A stretch of DNA of 63,619 nucleotides, filler included, from Atractiella rhizophila (taxonomy: Eukaryota): the NCBI GenBank assembly GCA_021432655.1. It is 2 parts of 2 records of this genome, joined end to end, with 100 filler letters (N's around TTAATTAATTAA, not from the genome) between each part and the next. Parts side by side here need not be neighbours in the genome. Positions count along the whole stretch, not along the records: positions 1 to 31,813 come from MU271690.1; 1 more part is not named here. The stretch is one strand, 5' to 3'. The notes beneath the pieces are model-generated. The model was not told the origin of the DNA, did not search any database, and saw nothing but the letters and a program-made list of their open reading frames with translations. Shown here in pieces: positions 13,382 to 28,150 of this stretch. The position numbers and the translations under genes are program-made. Numbering within the stretch: the first letter of the stretch is position 1; every line of letters starts with the position of its first letter.

Positions 13382-14762
13382 TCATCGTCTTACGAATAGC
13401 AACGCGACAAGCAGAACAATAAGGCAGTTCCTCCATTGCATCCAGGCCACAGTCCTTCCCAAATTCTGCAACCTATCCTCCACATCAGTCCCTCCACGTT
13501 GTCCTAAAGATAAACGAGGACAGACCAGCTCAATGCCTTTCCACGCTCAACCAACATCGCATAAATGCCATGTTCTCCCTCCTCAATCTCCCTATCAGCC
13601 CGAAAGGCCACCACGCCATTCGGATCCACCACCATCTCCCTTCCCCTCCTCTCCTCCTCCGGCGCACTCGTGCTCCAGACCAATGCTCCGACCACATCCT
13701 CCAATTTCGCTTTCGGCACGTCAGCGACAAAGGTTCGAGCGGTGAGGTCGAGGATGGGGGTGTCGACGAAGAAGGGGGAGATGAGGGTGGAGGAGATGGA
13801 GGAGTGGTGGAGTTGGGGGAGGAGGGAGAGGAAGAGGCCGCGCACGGCGTGTTTCGTGCTGCCGTATAACGCGCCGTAGGGCACTTGCATGTGCGAACGA
13901 GTAGCGATGGGAATTCAAATCATGAGGGAAATGCGATGGGGTGAAAAACGCACATCCGAAGTAGGACGCAACGCTACCGAGGAGGATGAGCGATTTGGGG
14001 CCGGGAGTGCGTGGGAGGTAGGTGAGTGCGAGATGGGTCGCTTTCATCCGCCGCACATTGAGATGATAAGCGGTAGAAGAGGAGGAGACGGACTGTATAG
14101 CACCCCTAGGTAGTTGATCCATAGTTGAGGGTATTTAGGCTCAGGAAGGGTCCCGTCTTCCTTCCACATCGCCAATGAGTACCTTTTTTGTTGTTCTTGG
14201 GGACAAGGGAAGTACCAGCAGAGGGAGACAGAGCGTGGAAATCCTTTCCATGGCATTATGTCAGTACGCGTCTATTTGAAAGTAAGAGGGACATCATACC
14301 GTGACCTCGCCGACCCCTGCATTACTGTTTCTCAATCCATCAGTCCATGAATTCTAGGCAGACGAATGGAGCAACACTTACGGAATGACCACATCTACCC
14401 TCCCCCACTCTTTGGTCCCCCTCTCAAAGAGTTGCACCTGCTCATCCCACTTTGTCACATCGCACTTGACCGCAATCGCTTTCCTCCAAACACCAACACA
14501 ACCCGTTCAACCTCCAACCTCTATCCAGCAGAGCACGAAGAGGAGAAGCATACCCTCCAGCGTCCTCAATTTCTTTTGCAACGCGACAAACCCCCTCGAA
14601 ATCTCGATCGGCAAGTACCATCCTCGCACCTTCCCTGGCTGCAAGGAGAGAGAACGCCTTGCCTATCCCTGAAGCGGCACCAGTGATGAGTATCACTTTG
14701 GAGGAGAGGGTAGAGGAATGTGCGTGGAGCGCTTCTGAAGAGAGGGATTGGGGAGGAGCCAT
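13382..14762 (-). CDS. Short-chain dehydrogenase/reductase (15-PGDH-like) with C-terminal hydrophobic tail
   Basis: ITGAASGIG Rossmann motif and YGSTK catalytic motif; multi-exon. Confidence 0.9.
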
Positions 14763-15202
14763 GCTGCTTGTTCGACGAGTTGAAGGTGGTTATAAGTGGC
14801 ACGGGGACCGCGGGGAAGAAGGAAGACTTCGAGAACAGAGAACTTGCATGTCGCCTTCTATCTTGCAGTAACGACCAATGGCTGTTAATGAGCCTCCCAG
14901 TAATGCAACACACGGCATCATGTGAGGAAACGTGGGAGCTTGACTGGGATACTATAGGTTACAAGTTGCAGGATTGACCCAGAAGGACGGAGTGGATAAG
15001 CAACCCGCGAGAACACAAAATACCCAGAACAACATCTCTGTTTCTCTCGCGTCAGTACTTCACTCAACAGCGAGAGCACCAGTCGAGCATTCATTAATAA
15101 CAGGGAAAGGCAGGCTGAAAACTATTTATTGCTTCGGTGCCAGCCTTATCACTCCCTTTCAGTCGCTCCTTCCCATCGCTCCTTCTGTCAAGCGTTTACA
15201 AA

Positions 15203-16206
15203 ATGACGACCAATATCATCGTCAATGGAGGCTTCGAAGACTCTTCGACCTCAATCGCACCTTGGGTTGTGACTGGAAACGCCAATGCATCTGGTTTGTC
15301 CCTTTCATCCTTGCTCAAGCTACGGGTTGCGTTTGCGGTTGAAGAGCTCATGGAATGCTTTGGGATGAAGGCATTGATATCAATATCTCGCCTTACGAGG
15401 GAACCCAACACTTCCACTTTGCATCCAGCACCTTATCCCAAACCGTCTCCTGCACCGTTGGCACATCCTAGTTCGTCCTCCCGTTCTCTTGCTCCTTCCA
15501 CTCCTTTAGAGACTAACTGATGGATTGTGGATTGACCAGCGAGCTCACCTTCCACGCAGTAGCGATCGGAAACTCCCGTCCCTCCCTCCTCGCCACATTC
15601 GGCACCCTCTCCTCCACCTACACCATCCCAAACGGAGACGGCCTCACCTGGTCCACCTTCTCCGGTTCCGGCACCTGCCAATCCTCCCCCTCCGACCTAA
15701 AACTCGAGAACGCGGACCCGACCACGATTCGCATCGATGCCATCTCACTCACCACTCCCGCTTCCGCCACTTCAGGGTCCTCTTCCTCTGTCCCATCTTC
15801 GACTGCAACTTCAACTTCGACTTCTGGATCCTCTGCAGGAGGAGGAGGTGGTGGTGGGGGAGGGAGCTCGACTCCTGTCGGAGCGATTGTAGGTGGAGTC
15901 GTAGGAGGGCTCGCCATCCTGGTTCTCGCAGCTTTCGGGGCCTGGTACATCCGTCGTCGGTCACGTCGTCCCTCTCCCTCTTCCCGAACAGATGATGGAG
16001 CAGGAGCAGACGAGAAGATGCTGGCCTCCGGTGTGGGCGGTTTTCAATCGGAAGAACAGAGGGCGAGCGGGTTGTGGACCGGGACGGGTGCGAGCACGCA
16101 GAGCTCGACCCCGGTTAGTAGGACGGTGGTGCCCGAACTTCAGGGTGAGGATGGGGGTGCGGAGGGTCCGGATACTTATGAACGGTTTGAGAGGAAGAAG
16201 TTTTAG
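15203..16206 (+). CDS. Single-pass membrane protein: N-terminal carbohydrate-binding-like domain, Ser/Thr stalk, TM helix, cytosolic tail
   Basis: MTTNIIVNGGFEDSSTSIAPW; S/T-rich stalk; GAIVGGVVGGLAILVLAAFGAWY followed by RRRSRR. Confidence 0.75.
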
Positions 16207-16515
16207 AGGGATGTATGGATGGACCAAGATTATCGCGGTTCGCTGTTCAGCTGGTTACGACTCGAAATTTTTACTTGAAAATTTCGATTCCTTATTCTTG
16301 ACTGAGGTTGTTGTTAAAGTAAGCTTGCAATCATTCTTTCCCATGGAAAGGTCAAGGCAGCATATACTAAGTGCGACAGTAAACAAAGGCTGGATTAACA
16401 GGATATCATATTTTGATGGTCCATGCATAGCAGAAGCAGACGGAGGTATTTACACAGGGAGCGAGGGAGGTGATGGAATCGACGGGAAGCTGGCGAGTTG
16501 CTTTTTGAGCATGAT

Positions 16516-17125
16516 TTATCCTTGTCGCTGCACCCCACCGCACTTTAGCACTTAATTGCATTAAACAGCGTAGAGACGAACCTGCTTATGTTTTGGATCA
16601 GCAGGACAGATGACGTATAGCCTCCCTACACATACCAAGCCATTCTCAGCTTCATTCCACGCGGGAGACCAACTTGAAATGAACAAAAAAAGACGCACCT
16701 TTCCTCTTCACGAACATACATTTGGGACAAAACAGCTTAACCGCGCTCCTAACCTTCATCCCTCTCTCCTGTCCTCCTCCAACCGCGAGACCTCCCAAAC
16801 CGTCTCCTCCTCCGATCGCTCCGCCAAGCGAGGAGATAGCGCTACCCGTCCTCGGTCTTGCCGGCTTTGGACGAGCGCAACACGAGCAGTTTGGAGGGTG
16901 ATGGATGGTCGAAAACGAGCGCTGCGCCACAGCGGAGGGTGTGCCGAGAAGAGAGGTTTGGTATATAGGTTTGGGACGAGCCATGGGGGAGGAAATGGGG
17001 GGTAAAGAACGAGAGAGCGTTCGTGGGCGGGTTGGGGTGCCTGCGCGGGATGGGAAGGTGTTTCGAGAACAGTGTAGCAGCCGGAGGAGGGAAGAGCTTG
17101 AGCCCATTTTGTGAAGGTTGGACAT
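16516..17125 (-). CDS. RTC6: Mitochondrial ribosomal protein bL36m
   Basis: Presequence-like N-terminus, then MKVRSAVKLFCPKCMFVKRKG|RLYVICPADPKHKQ|RQG* over two introns. Confidence 0.9.
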
Positions 17126-17350
17126 GGTCTTCGGTGGTGGTGAAATGGGTTGATGTCCTAGTTTGCAATTGGGAAAAGGGAAAGAAGAAGAGTGGTTGCT
17201 CTTGTTTGGCCCTTGTTTGCCTCCTTGCGCTGCTTCGGCAGGTGACTCACATGACTTGCGCTTCCGCAGCCCTTTCAGGTCTCCTTTCCCAACGACCACC
17301 ATCGTCGCTTCTTCACCCAGTTCCTTAGCAGCAACAAGTACAACATCAAG

Positions 17351-18250
<900 letters not shown>

Positions 18251-20135
18251 AGTACCTTGCAGGAGGGATGATCGAATAGGATGAGGAATGCTGGTGTGTG
18301 GGATGGATCGATGCGACGTTTCTTTTGTTCTCGTTTCTTTGTGAGAGTGTGTTATGTTCTTTCAATTTCTGAACAGTCGAGACAGATAGTGCTGGATTGA
18401 CAATGTATTTTTCTCCAATATTTCAGACGGGTGCCTTCTGCTTTCAAAAAGGTGCGACCTGTGAATGTGATTCCCGGCAAGTTAAGAACATCTTCCTCCA
18501 TGCTATTGATGAAGTCAACCTACACCAATGACCACAGTCGCAAACTTGAAAGCTTGGACACTACGAACACATTTCAGAGCTTATACGCGCATGGTTGTAA
18601 CAACTTCTTCTCCAGTCCATTGAACGTCGTTCAGGACCTCATGGAACATCATCAGGGTGGATCAATGAGTGCAGGGGATTCAAGATGAAATGCAGCTGGG
18701 GCTGGTCTAAGGAGGAAACCTTTAATTTCATGTTGTCGCGGATCATAATCAGTGGTGAGTCGAATTTGTCCAAATACTTTAGAATTCCGTAATAACTGCT
18801 AAGGTTTGATATCTTCATTGACCAAGACTGTTGCTGAGTAGGATCTAGTATCGCACGTATTGTGATGCTGGCTGTGTGAGTCTGCATCAATGCGGATGTA
18901 TAATGCAGAGAATACAACGAAGCGGAGCCAAAATCAGAAGCAAAGGCGCCACTCTGTACTAGTAAAATGTGTATAAACACTTTTTTCTTTTTAGACCTTA
19001 TGTTAACATTGAGAATATCATAATTTTGCGGTTTGAAACGTGGAGTTGATGTACTTTGCGAGAGGTGTTGTGATGCGTACGGCTACATGATTAGTGGTAC
19101 TCAGAAAACGATGAAAAACGATGCAATGCGAAAAGAGGAGAATGGAAAGAGGCAGCCGAGGCGGTTGCTACGTGGTGCAGTGCAAAAAAAGAAACCGAGT
19201 GTGAATAACGTGCAATGTGGCCAGTGACTAGTGATTGTTCATGAGAAATTCAAAAAATTCAAAGGTGGGAAAGAAGAAAGGAAGACTGAATTAAAAAGCT
19301 TTGAATAAATGATTTGCGAAATGTTTCTTGTCGAATTCCATTGGGGACTGCGTTATCTCGAAAATTTGTGTTAAATAGCCTACCCCGAGAATCAAGGTCG
19401 GTCGTGCCACGATAAGACGGAAAAGTGTACACTTCACAGCTGATCCAATCTGAGTGCACAGAGAGTGATAAAGTTACTTGATATGCCTGGGATGTGAGGA
19501 TGCTAGATAAACCGACAATTTAGCTTGCACGTCTACTATGTTAGCTGTGCACTTGCCTAATGATGGCCGACGATGGTTGCCCGTTGAAAGAAGCAAGAGA
19601 TAGCTAACTTATTCTACAGTTGATGCAGGCGTTATGCCAAGACAGCAAGTCTACATAACAGATGCAAAGCAGTGCGAATGATGCAGCTTGGAACAACCCT
19701 CAGACTTTTATAGCTGGGTTTGAAGCACAGCGAACTTGGCATCGGGATCAGTCTGCGACTATGGAGCTCTTGTTTTCTAACGACGACAAGTGCTCAGAGA
19801 TCGATGGCCTTATCCTAGATCCATGGCTCTTGGGAGCTTCAGATGAACTCCCAGAATAAGTTTGTATTGCGTGCTAGTGGAGAGAACGTCTCGAGAAGCA
19901 GGAGAAAAGTCGGCAGAAGCAAATAGGGAATTGGTTCCCACTCAGCCACTTCGGTTTTAAGGGCCATTCTTAGAGCATGCGAATCTTGGCGGGTCTGTGC
20001 TGCGTTACGCATTGGAGTTTTGCAAGAAACTGGTATTGCAACAGATAAAAGCACATACTTATCTCCCTGCAGTGATGGCCAACCTTGATGAATTCATGAT
20101 CCATCCTTTTGCCCAATTTTGAGTGGACCAATGTC

Positions 20136-21534
20136 TCAAATGCCCCTGCCTCCTGTAACCTCCAAGGTGTGACCAGAAATATAGCTGGCCATAGGGCTCG
20201 CAAGGAACAGCATAGCTTTATATATGTCAGTCAAATATGAAAATTGATGGAGAAAACTCACCAGCAGCCGCCTCATCAGCACTTCCTGGGCGTCCAAGTG
20301 GGATGTCGGGAATGCGCTCGTTGGAGCTCTTCGCCTTTCCTCCAGCTATCGAAGTATCAAAGGATCAGGGATGACGGTGACACAGTCAGACCAAATAGAG
20401 GACGCACCAGAGGGAATTCCAAGTGCAATGGTTTGTCCGCCAACGACAATGGCTTCTCCAAGCTCTTTCGCTTGTGTGAGACGGGTCTCGATGTATCCGT
20501 ACGCAACAGTGTTACACCTCACTAAAGACGATAGAAATTAAATGTCATAATATCTGAATGAGCACAAACCTACCCCCAAATGGTCCCCATTCTGCAAGCT
20601 CAGTCAGCACGAGGCTTGCGACATACGAAACGAGCGCGTACCCTTGCAAATAGTCTTAGTCATTCCAACAACTCCTGCCTTAGCGATGGCGTAATTGATC
20701 TGTCCGGTGTTGCCGTGAAGACCAGAGACGCTGGAGACATTAATAATTGAGCGATTCTCCTTGGGACCATCACCCTTCACTCGGAAGTAAGGAGCGGCTT
20801 CCCGAACGATTCTGAATGGTGCAGTGTTGTGAACTTTGAGGATGAGGTCGAAAGTCTGATCATTCATGGTGTGAATCATCTTGTCCGCCGTGAAACCAGC
20901 CTGCTCTACTTGTTAGACGCAACGAGACATGTTAAAGGAAGTGAAGTGTACGCACATTGTTGACAATGTGGTTAATCTTTCCATAAGCCCTGTAGTTGCT
21001 TGAGAATGGGACAAGATGCAAAAGCTAGAGACCGCACTTGATAGTGGCTCCAATGAGTTTCTTAGGGAAATCATCAGCGGTCACGTCCCCGCCGACAGCG
21101 ATGGCATCCCCTCCAGCTTTCTTGATCTCCTCAACAACAAGAGCGGCTTTTTCTGCATAAATGAGGTTAGTGCGGCTCCCCTTTCCTTTACGGCTTAACG
21201 CACTCTCATCCAAGTCGGATACGACTACTTTGGCTCCCTCTGTTCTGATATCAACAATGTTCTTGAAGAACAACGGCACAACCAACATACCCTTTGCGAA
21301 CTGGAGCGCTGCTGAACGTCCAATTCCTTGAGCAGCACCTGTGAAAGACATGCTGAGGAACAACACGAGCTGAAGAGGCAGAATTCGGTCTTACCAGTGA
21401 TGATGGCGACCTGTTTGTGACATTCAGCGTTTTGGCCAATCATCTAATTGAAAACGTACCTCGCCAGCCAGAAGGCCGTTCCCATAGTTCTGGGAAAGGT
21501 GTGAGGTGATTTGATTTGCTCGTGCAGCAGCCAT
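20136..21534 (-). CDS. 3-oxoacyl-reductase-like SDR (FabG family), probably peroxisomal
   Basis: TGAAQGIG, NVSSVSGLHGNTGQINYAIAKAG, IPLGRPG, ends YISGHTLEVTGGRGI*; N-terminal RANQITSHL. Confidence 0.9.
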
Positions 21535-21886
21535 TTGTGAAGAAATGTGAGAATATGGGAGATGTGGTCTTGGAGGAGGGGGTTGTTTTGAAGCTTCTGT
21601 CTCGCCGGAAGTAGCCGGTGTCAAATCCGTTTAGGCAGCGTGCTTTCCGAATCCCGGTCAAGGAAGTATCAGGGAGAAAGTGAACGAGATGCTGAGTATG
21701 TATTACCCAGATTATATTAGTACCAAAGGTCTGGAAGTAGTCGCGGATGCGAGCAGGCAAGAAGGTGTTTATATCTATCAACCCCTCGGTGTTTTGCGTT
21801 TTGCCAGAGAAAACGCGGGCTGCTAGGATTCTTGCTGAGGAGGATCTCGAATATTTCAACAAGAACGGAGCCTTGGGTTCAGAATT

Positions 21887-22695
21887 TCAATTACAGGATG
21901 TGTAAGGCACTATCATGAGCGCCAACTTGCGAAAGCTTTCATCGTCCCAAAGGTCGAGAAGCGCTTGATACTTTTCCTCCGAAGCAATCCGTATCCACAT
22001 CAAGAACGCGCCATCGTAAAGATCGAGAGCAGTGGCTATGTCAAGCATTGAGGATCTCTTGCGTACAGCGAGAGCTACCTTACGTTCAAGGTCCGTCGCA
22101 GTACGGGCCGCCATACGTTTTCGCACATCTATCCATCCCTTCCGTAAATTCTCAAAGATCGCCTCCTGCCCTCCGGCATTGGACAGCATTTCCTCGAGCT
22201 TACAACAGAACTGAGCTTCTCGGCTTCTCCGAAAGTACTCACGCCCGCGATCATCGAGATTTCTCCACGCGTCGTACAGGATCCAGTTCCTTCCAATTCA
22301 TCGAAGCGCTTGACATCTCTGAAGATGGGAGGTGGGAAAGCGGCATGAAGATACTTTGCGATCTCCAAAGAACCCATCAATGCAAGCGGGGGATTTAAAT
22401 CTAGTCTTTCAATGATTGGGACTGTATGGCCCGGTGGCTTCATCCCTTGACGCGAGAACAGACGGATGGATTCAGACTGGATATCAGGATACGAAAGGTA
22501 GATGGTTTCGTGGGTATCCCTCGAAAATTGAGCCAGAGCCTGTGTACCCATATCAGAGATCCTCTCAATCTGGAATCTGGTAAACAAAAATTGCCTGGTT
22601 TTCCATGCATTTGGAGACCACGTTTGCTGTCGTAAACGACTAGCAAGATCGTAGAAACGGATAATGGGATATGTTGGAGACACATTGACGGTCAT
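21887..22695 (-). CDS. Glutathione S-transferase-like protein (fungal GST_N/etherase-like)
   Basis: IRFYDL......WSPNAWKTR, TVPII and SLEIAKYL motifs. Confidence 0.7.
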
Positions 22696-25622
22696 TATTC
22701 AACTCGGAAATCAGCGATCTCTTTGACGCTTTTGCAATATTTCTATTCAAGTATCCTGTCAAGTATCAAAGGTCTACACGGGAGGCTTTGAAGGTGACGC
22801 TACGACGATAACCGCACCTCTGACCTGCTTCCTGTGTTGGACATTGGACGCTGGAGAATGCGGCGGGCATGTGAACAGCGGCAGGCTTCGGGGCAACTCC
22901 GCCTTCTTGCACTCATGAGTTGCGAGAGTGCAGCGACCGAGCAGTTTCATTCTCCTCCATTCAGGAGACATCCTTTTCAGCTCAAAAGCCCTCTAATTGG
23001 ACTGCTCTCTTCATAACTCCTCCTCATCGAAACAATCCTTCCGCAATTTTCCAGAAAATAGATCCAGTTTTGTGGAAGGACGCGTATGGGCCAGAGGAAG
23101 GTCTAAATTTATGGTCCATGGAGGGGCTTGAAGAAACACTCAAAGATTTTATATGACAATGATGGAAGCTTCGGAGCGGTGATTGTGAGGATAACGCAAT
23201 GGATGGATATTGAAGTTTGGAAGAACGAGGGAAGCCGTTAGGTTCAAGAAAGCGAGAACATAATTCGTGAGCCCTTTCATAGCAAGTGAGACGGAACCGC
23301 GAGAGGGTGACGTTCATGAGAAAGCTTGTTGATCCTTTCCTTTCTGGAAAAGTCGTCCCTGATCCTACATTCCATCAAATATTCCGCACTGCAGTGCCAT
23401 GCGCTGGCTTCAGGATATATGCACCTTTCGCCTCAGATCTCAATAGTCTTTTCGCAGCGGTCTTGCCTCCCTTCCCAATCAAATCTTGTTATGGTTCGCA
23501 TTAGTTCTTGAATTGTATCCGTCTCTTGCGATTTTATGCCTATTCAATGTTTGAACGCCTGCTTCCGACTGTGGGACTAGTACCTTGCGCGGAGGAGCGA
23601 ACGAAAAGAGCTGCTATGGCGCGACGGAGCGATCCTTAGTGAGACTCCGTACATGTTGGTATGGTGGCTCCACAACGCTTCTACCCATTGTTTCCTGTTC
23701 TATATCCATGGGGAACGAAAATGATGGGAAATTATACACAGCTCTCAAGCTCTCCGAATGATCAGGAGGTTATCCTGCAATATGAGGTTCCCAGAACTTT
23801 TATCTTTTCCTCTTCATTGGTGAGTTGTGTTTCGCAAGTTTCCGACAGTCGCATTTCTGTGTCCTCCAAACGCCTCGGATTCCCTTTCCCTGGTCGAATT
23901 GTGCCATGTCAGTGCCTTGACGATGTCACCATGACGGCCGAAAGTCGTGATCCAATTGCAAACAGTGTTGCGGGGAAAGAGCCGAATGCATCCCTTTCCC
24001 TGTTTCAAAGTGGTTTTCCATTGTTGTAACAGTGTTTTTGTATTGCGCAACCAATGTTCGCTTGTTCACAAGAGTTCGCATCTTCCGTCTGCCAGGGTCA
24101 TTAGGCACCCCACAGACTTCACAAGTCTGGCTCAAAGAGGTTACTGTTACCGACCAAAATCTGAGAAAGAAAGTGCTGCCAGTGGCGCCCCCTCTGGCTC
24201 ATTCTCTCCTTGAATAACGTTTTGCCTGCTTGCAAGGGGATTTAAGGAGTTTCGTTCATTCGTCAGAAGGGAGACATCCAGGGAGGCGTTACAATTGTTT
24301 CCCACTTTGAGTTTTGGCACTCCCGTCACAATGTAAATCGTGAGCAATCAGTTTCACGAAATTCGTCGAACGTGACGATGGCCTCACATTCAATCAACTG
24401 AATGTGAGTCAGATAACTGGAAGGTACCCACTTGACCCGTGGGACAGTTCCTCCGGTGAATTGTTTGGGTTTCGTCTCCTTTCCAGCGTCGAGAACTAAT
24501 CAAATTCTCTGGTGCTCTCTGTTGGTTGCTTATCAATGGTTATTGGAGCCCGCCCATTCACTCGGAACTGGGAGGCGTTTCGGTTCTTATTCACAGAGTT
24601 TCTATCAGCACCTAAACTTTGATCTTGTTTAGATGCAATCTTGAGCCAGTTTGACGGCCGTGGATTGAACTCAAAGATCTGGGACCCCCAAAATTTGACA
24701 TGCCTGTCCTCACATCCCTCTGATTGACTGGAAACTCAAGTCGTCTTGAAGGACACATTTGTATGGATCTTTGAGGTGGATGACGACTTTCGCCTCGCCT
24801 CCTTTCAGTTGTCTGTCCCATCTTTTCCCCCACTAGGTCGAAAGAGGGAAACTTCGGGGATCAACCAATAACAGATCAGGTGCAGGATCGGGCGCAAACC
24901 CGAGCATGTCTCAAAACAACATTGTGGACCGTTTGATTGTCGTTGTTGTTTGCTTTCCCAGCAGTTGACCGCCTTTGTTATGACATATGGCGCTGTAAAG
25001 TAAATGGCACGTTTGAGCTTGAGGACTGCTGAATGTGAGAGCTGTCGTGCTCGCAGTCATGAGCAGTTAAAGATTTGCCGACACACGCCATATCCGCCGA
25101 CCGTCCTGGTCGGGCTTAATCTCTCTTTTGGATGAGCCGCATCGAGAACGCCGGTGGAATCTAGATCAAACTTAGCCAGATAACCATCCAGTTTGGTGAA
25201 CAGTGGAGACCAGAAAGGAATACTGACCGCTTGGAAAAGTGAGTCGTACGGCAGCTGCTATCATCAGGCTATGGCGCAAGTTCCCCTCTACTTTCTGCTT
25301 ATCGTGCATTTACTGTCCTCACCCTACCAACGCAGGTGCCAACGCCTGAGTTAAAACGGTCACTTTCGTCAGCTTGTTTGGTCCATTCAATTCAATTCGA
25401 AGAAAGTTTGGGAAAGTTTAGACAATTTCCTTCCGAACGAGATAAGGTTGACGATCAATCGTGATCGAGCGGCTGCGACTTTCGGCCAAGTTTCAACGAT
25501 TTGATCAAATAAAAGGGCAAGTCTCGAATCCCCTTTCGCCCTCGTACGTAGTGGACTTTGAAGTGTTTGTAGCATACCCTCATCTTCAGTCTACGTAACG
25601 CTAGGAAGCAACAGGCTTCAGG

Positions 25623-27286
25623 ATGTCTTTCCACTTTCATGAGCAGACGTACTTTGAGCCCAACCAGGTTTTTCAACTGCCCCCATGCCACTTGCCCACA
25701 GGTCCTCTTGTCGACGTTCGTGCCGCACCAATCCAAGTCTCAATTCCTTCTTACTCCCTAGAGGAGCAGAAAAAAGAAGAGCAACGCTCGCCCTCCGTCC
25801 GTTCAGACAGTTTCTTATGGAAACTGTGGAGGTGCGTCCTTCCCTTCCCACCAATGAAACAAGCTTAACATTCCGTTGCAAGTCACTTGAGGGACACTCC
25901 CAACTCTGATATCATGCATTGGAGCGACTCGGGGAAGTTCCTCGTCATAACGGACGAAAAATTGCTCATGGAGCAAGTCGTGTCAAAGTTGTGGAAGCAA
26001 AAGGACTATGCTAGTTTTGTTAGTCTCTTCTCATGTCCTTTTCTTCGAACTGGGTTGACCTCAAACAACAGGCGAGACAGTTAAACGTGAGTACTTTGGA
26101 TATTATCACCTGGACACGTACGAATTGTTGCTCCACAGATCTACGGCTTCAAAAGATACAATGCCCTTCGAGCTCGAGAGGATACCCACGAGTCATTTCC
26201 GGAGAGTTACAAAGTTTGTCGCTTAGCTAGAGATGTTTCTTCAAGCTGAACGATTCATAGGTGTGGAGACATGAACATCTTCATCGCGATTCCCCCATTA
26301 AGGAACTGCAGAAAGTGCGACGACGAGCGGGGGCGAAGAAGACGCCGCCAACCACCAAACTGCCGGCGGACACCACCTCGACCATGGAAACACGAAGTCG
26401 ACGCAACTCTCGCAGGTTAGTATCGCAAAGCAGCTGTTCCAGTTTGGCGACGACAGAATCTGATGCTACAACCCTGGACACCGCCGATTCTCCTATCTTA
26501 ACTCGTCAAAATTCGCAATTGTTATCTCCTCCGCAGGAGACTCCCTCTCCTTCGTTGCCGCCAGTCATTCCCCATGATGCAGTTCTGGGAACTGTCGCGT
26601 CGAATCTTCCTATCCATGCCCCATTGCACGAGTCTTCGTCCTGGTGGCCTGTCTCTTCGTCGCCTTCAGAATCTCCTACAGCCGCTACTTTCTCCCCTTT
26701 GCCGACCCCGGGATCATCTTACTGGCAACCTGCACACCTCAGCGGCGTTTCTCCTCTAGAATGGGATCGGGCCCACTTCTCTTTCGAGAATTACCCCGGG
26801 AGTATAGCCAATTCAAACCCTACCGCTCCTCCATCTGTTTTTTCCTCGACCTTCACCAACCCGTTGATGGCAACATCTGATGCAGCATCTCCTGAATTTG
26901 CCGTCGATACCCCTTCATCCATCCAGTCGTCGACGTCCACTTGGAACTCTCCTGTTCTCTCCCACAAATACCACCCAACGCTTCCTGTCAACGCGGAGGT
27001 TCTCGCGTCCTCTCCAGAAGTTGAATTCCACCAACCAGTATACCAGGCTCCAACACAGCCTCCACCATCGATGGGAATGGTTGTCCCTTTTGCGGGCATT
27101 CCAACTTCGTCAAGCCAATACAGCTCGCACCCTATGGAACAGATTCCACTATACCCGGATCCGAGCATGGGTCAATACCATCCGGCTTCGTATTACCTGG
27201 AACATCAGTATTCTCAAGGAACGATGGCACCAACGCAGCAGCAAGCTTTTGCGCAGGGTCCTTACGTGGTATCAGCTTACCAATGA
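25623..27286 (+). CDS. HSF-type DNA-binding transcription factor with S/P/Q-rich C-terminus
   Basis: FLWKLW, IMHWSDSGKFLVI, KQKDYASF|ARQLN|IYGFKR and W.HEHLHRD...VRRR across introns. Confidence 0.88.
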
Positions 27287-28150
27287 AAGGTTTGTCGCTC
27301 CATCTCCTGTTCGCTTGATGCGTGCTAATACGTTTCTGATGCAGTATTTCAACTATTTATCCATTATATCGAAAAGCGCTCGTCCGTTCTGTGTTTCTTT
27401 TATGCCCTCGTTCTCCCAGCGCAAGGAACAAGGACAGTCTCCAATATTTGTGTCACTCATGCTCAAAATTACATGTTTTTCATGGCTCTCAGGAATCTTT
27501 GATCTGTTTAGTGCTTCGATTCTTCGTTCATACAGTTCGTTTGTTATTCTGGTGTGACTGAGAGTCAAACTTCTTTTTGCGGTATTAGCGTTGGTTTAGG
27601 AAATGCAATTGTTGTATTATACATTGTCACTCCAATTTAAGGCTTTGCCCTCTATTCTTGTGCCTTGCTCCGGGAAATCCAGAAGCAATGAATCTTCCAC
27701 AGGGGAAGAAGGCTGGAGAAGAGTCAGGACTGGGAGAATCAATGACGGCTGTATGTCTGGGAAAGAAGTCTTCACACTGGTGTGAAAATTAGGTGGAGCA
27801 CTTGTTTAATAATCGACCGCGATCTTCCGAAGCTCTCCCTGCGAGTGGCGAGTGCTGTTCGTTTGTCCTGCTTTGTCGATGTAAAGAAAAAAGATCGACT
27901 AATTGCACTTTGGGTACATTTTAATGACTGTCAGGGGCACTTTGAGCCACATGTTGATCGAGCAGGGCGAGCGACGTGGCCGACTGTGACGCCCCAACAT
28001 TGGCTCATGATGGTAGGTCAACTTAGACAGCTTGAAGGGGTACGATTGACGTGAGCCGTAACTGGTCACACGTTGGTCTCGCATCAAGGAAACAAACATG
28101 CAATTCATGCACCGTATGAGAAAATCGAATTGAAGGACGATGAACAGCTC

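Noticed and set aside
19343..19370. GGGGACTGCGTT plus AATTTGTG resembling U1 snRNA parts
   Set aside because: The elements are in the wrong order and there is no ATACTTACCTG 5' end.
18400..20100. Short ORFs in intergenic DNA (similarly 3575-4990, 9100-10460, 42900-44100, 45700-46780)
   Set aside because: No coherent splice model, domain, tRNA or other ncRNA could be supported by eye.
22920..24217. Three same-frame plus-strand ORFs that might be a pseudogene
   Set aside because: There are many stops between them and no recognisable domain; I cannot distinguish this from chance.
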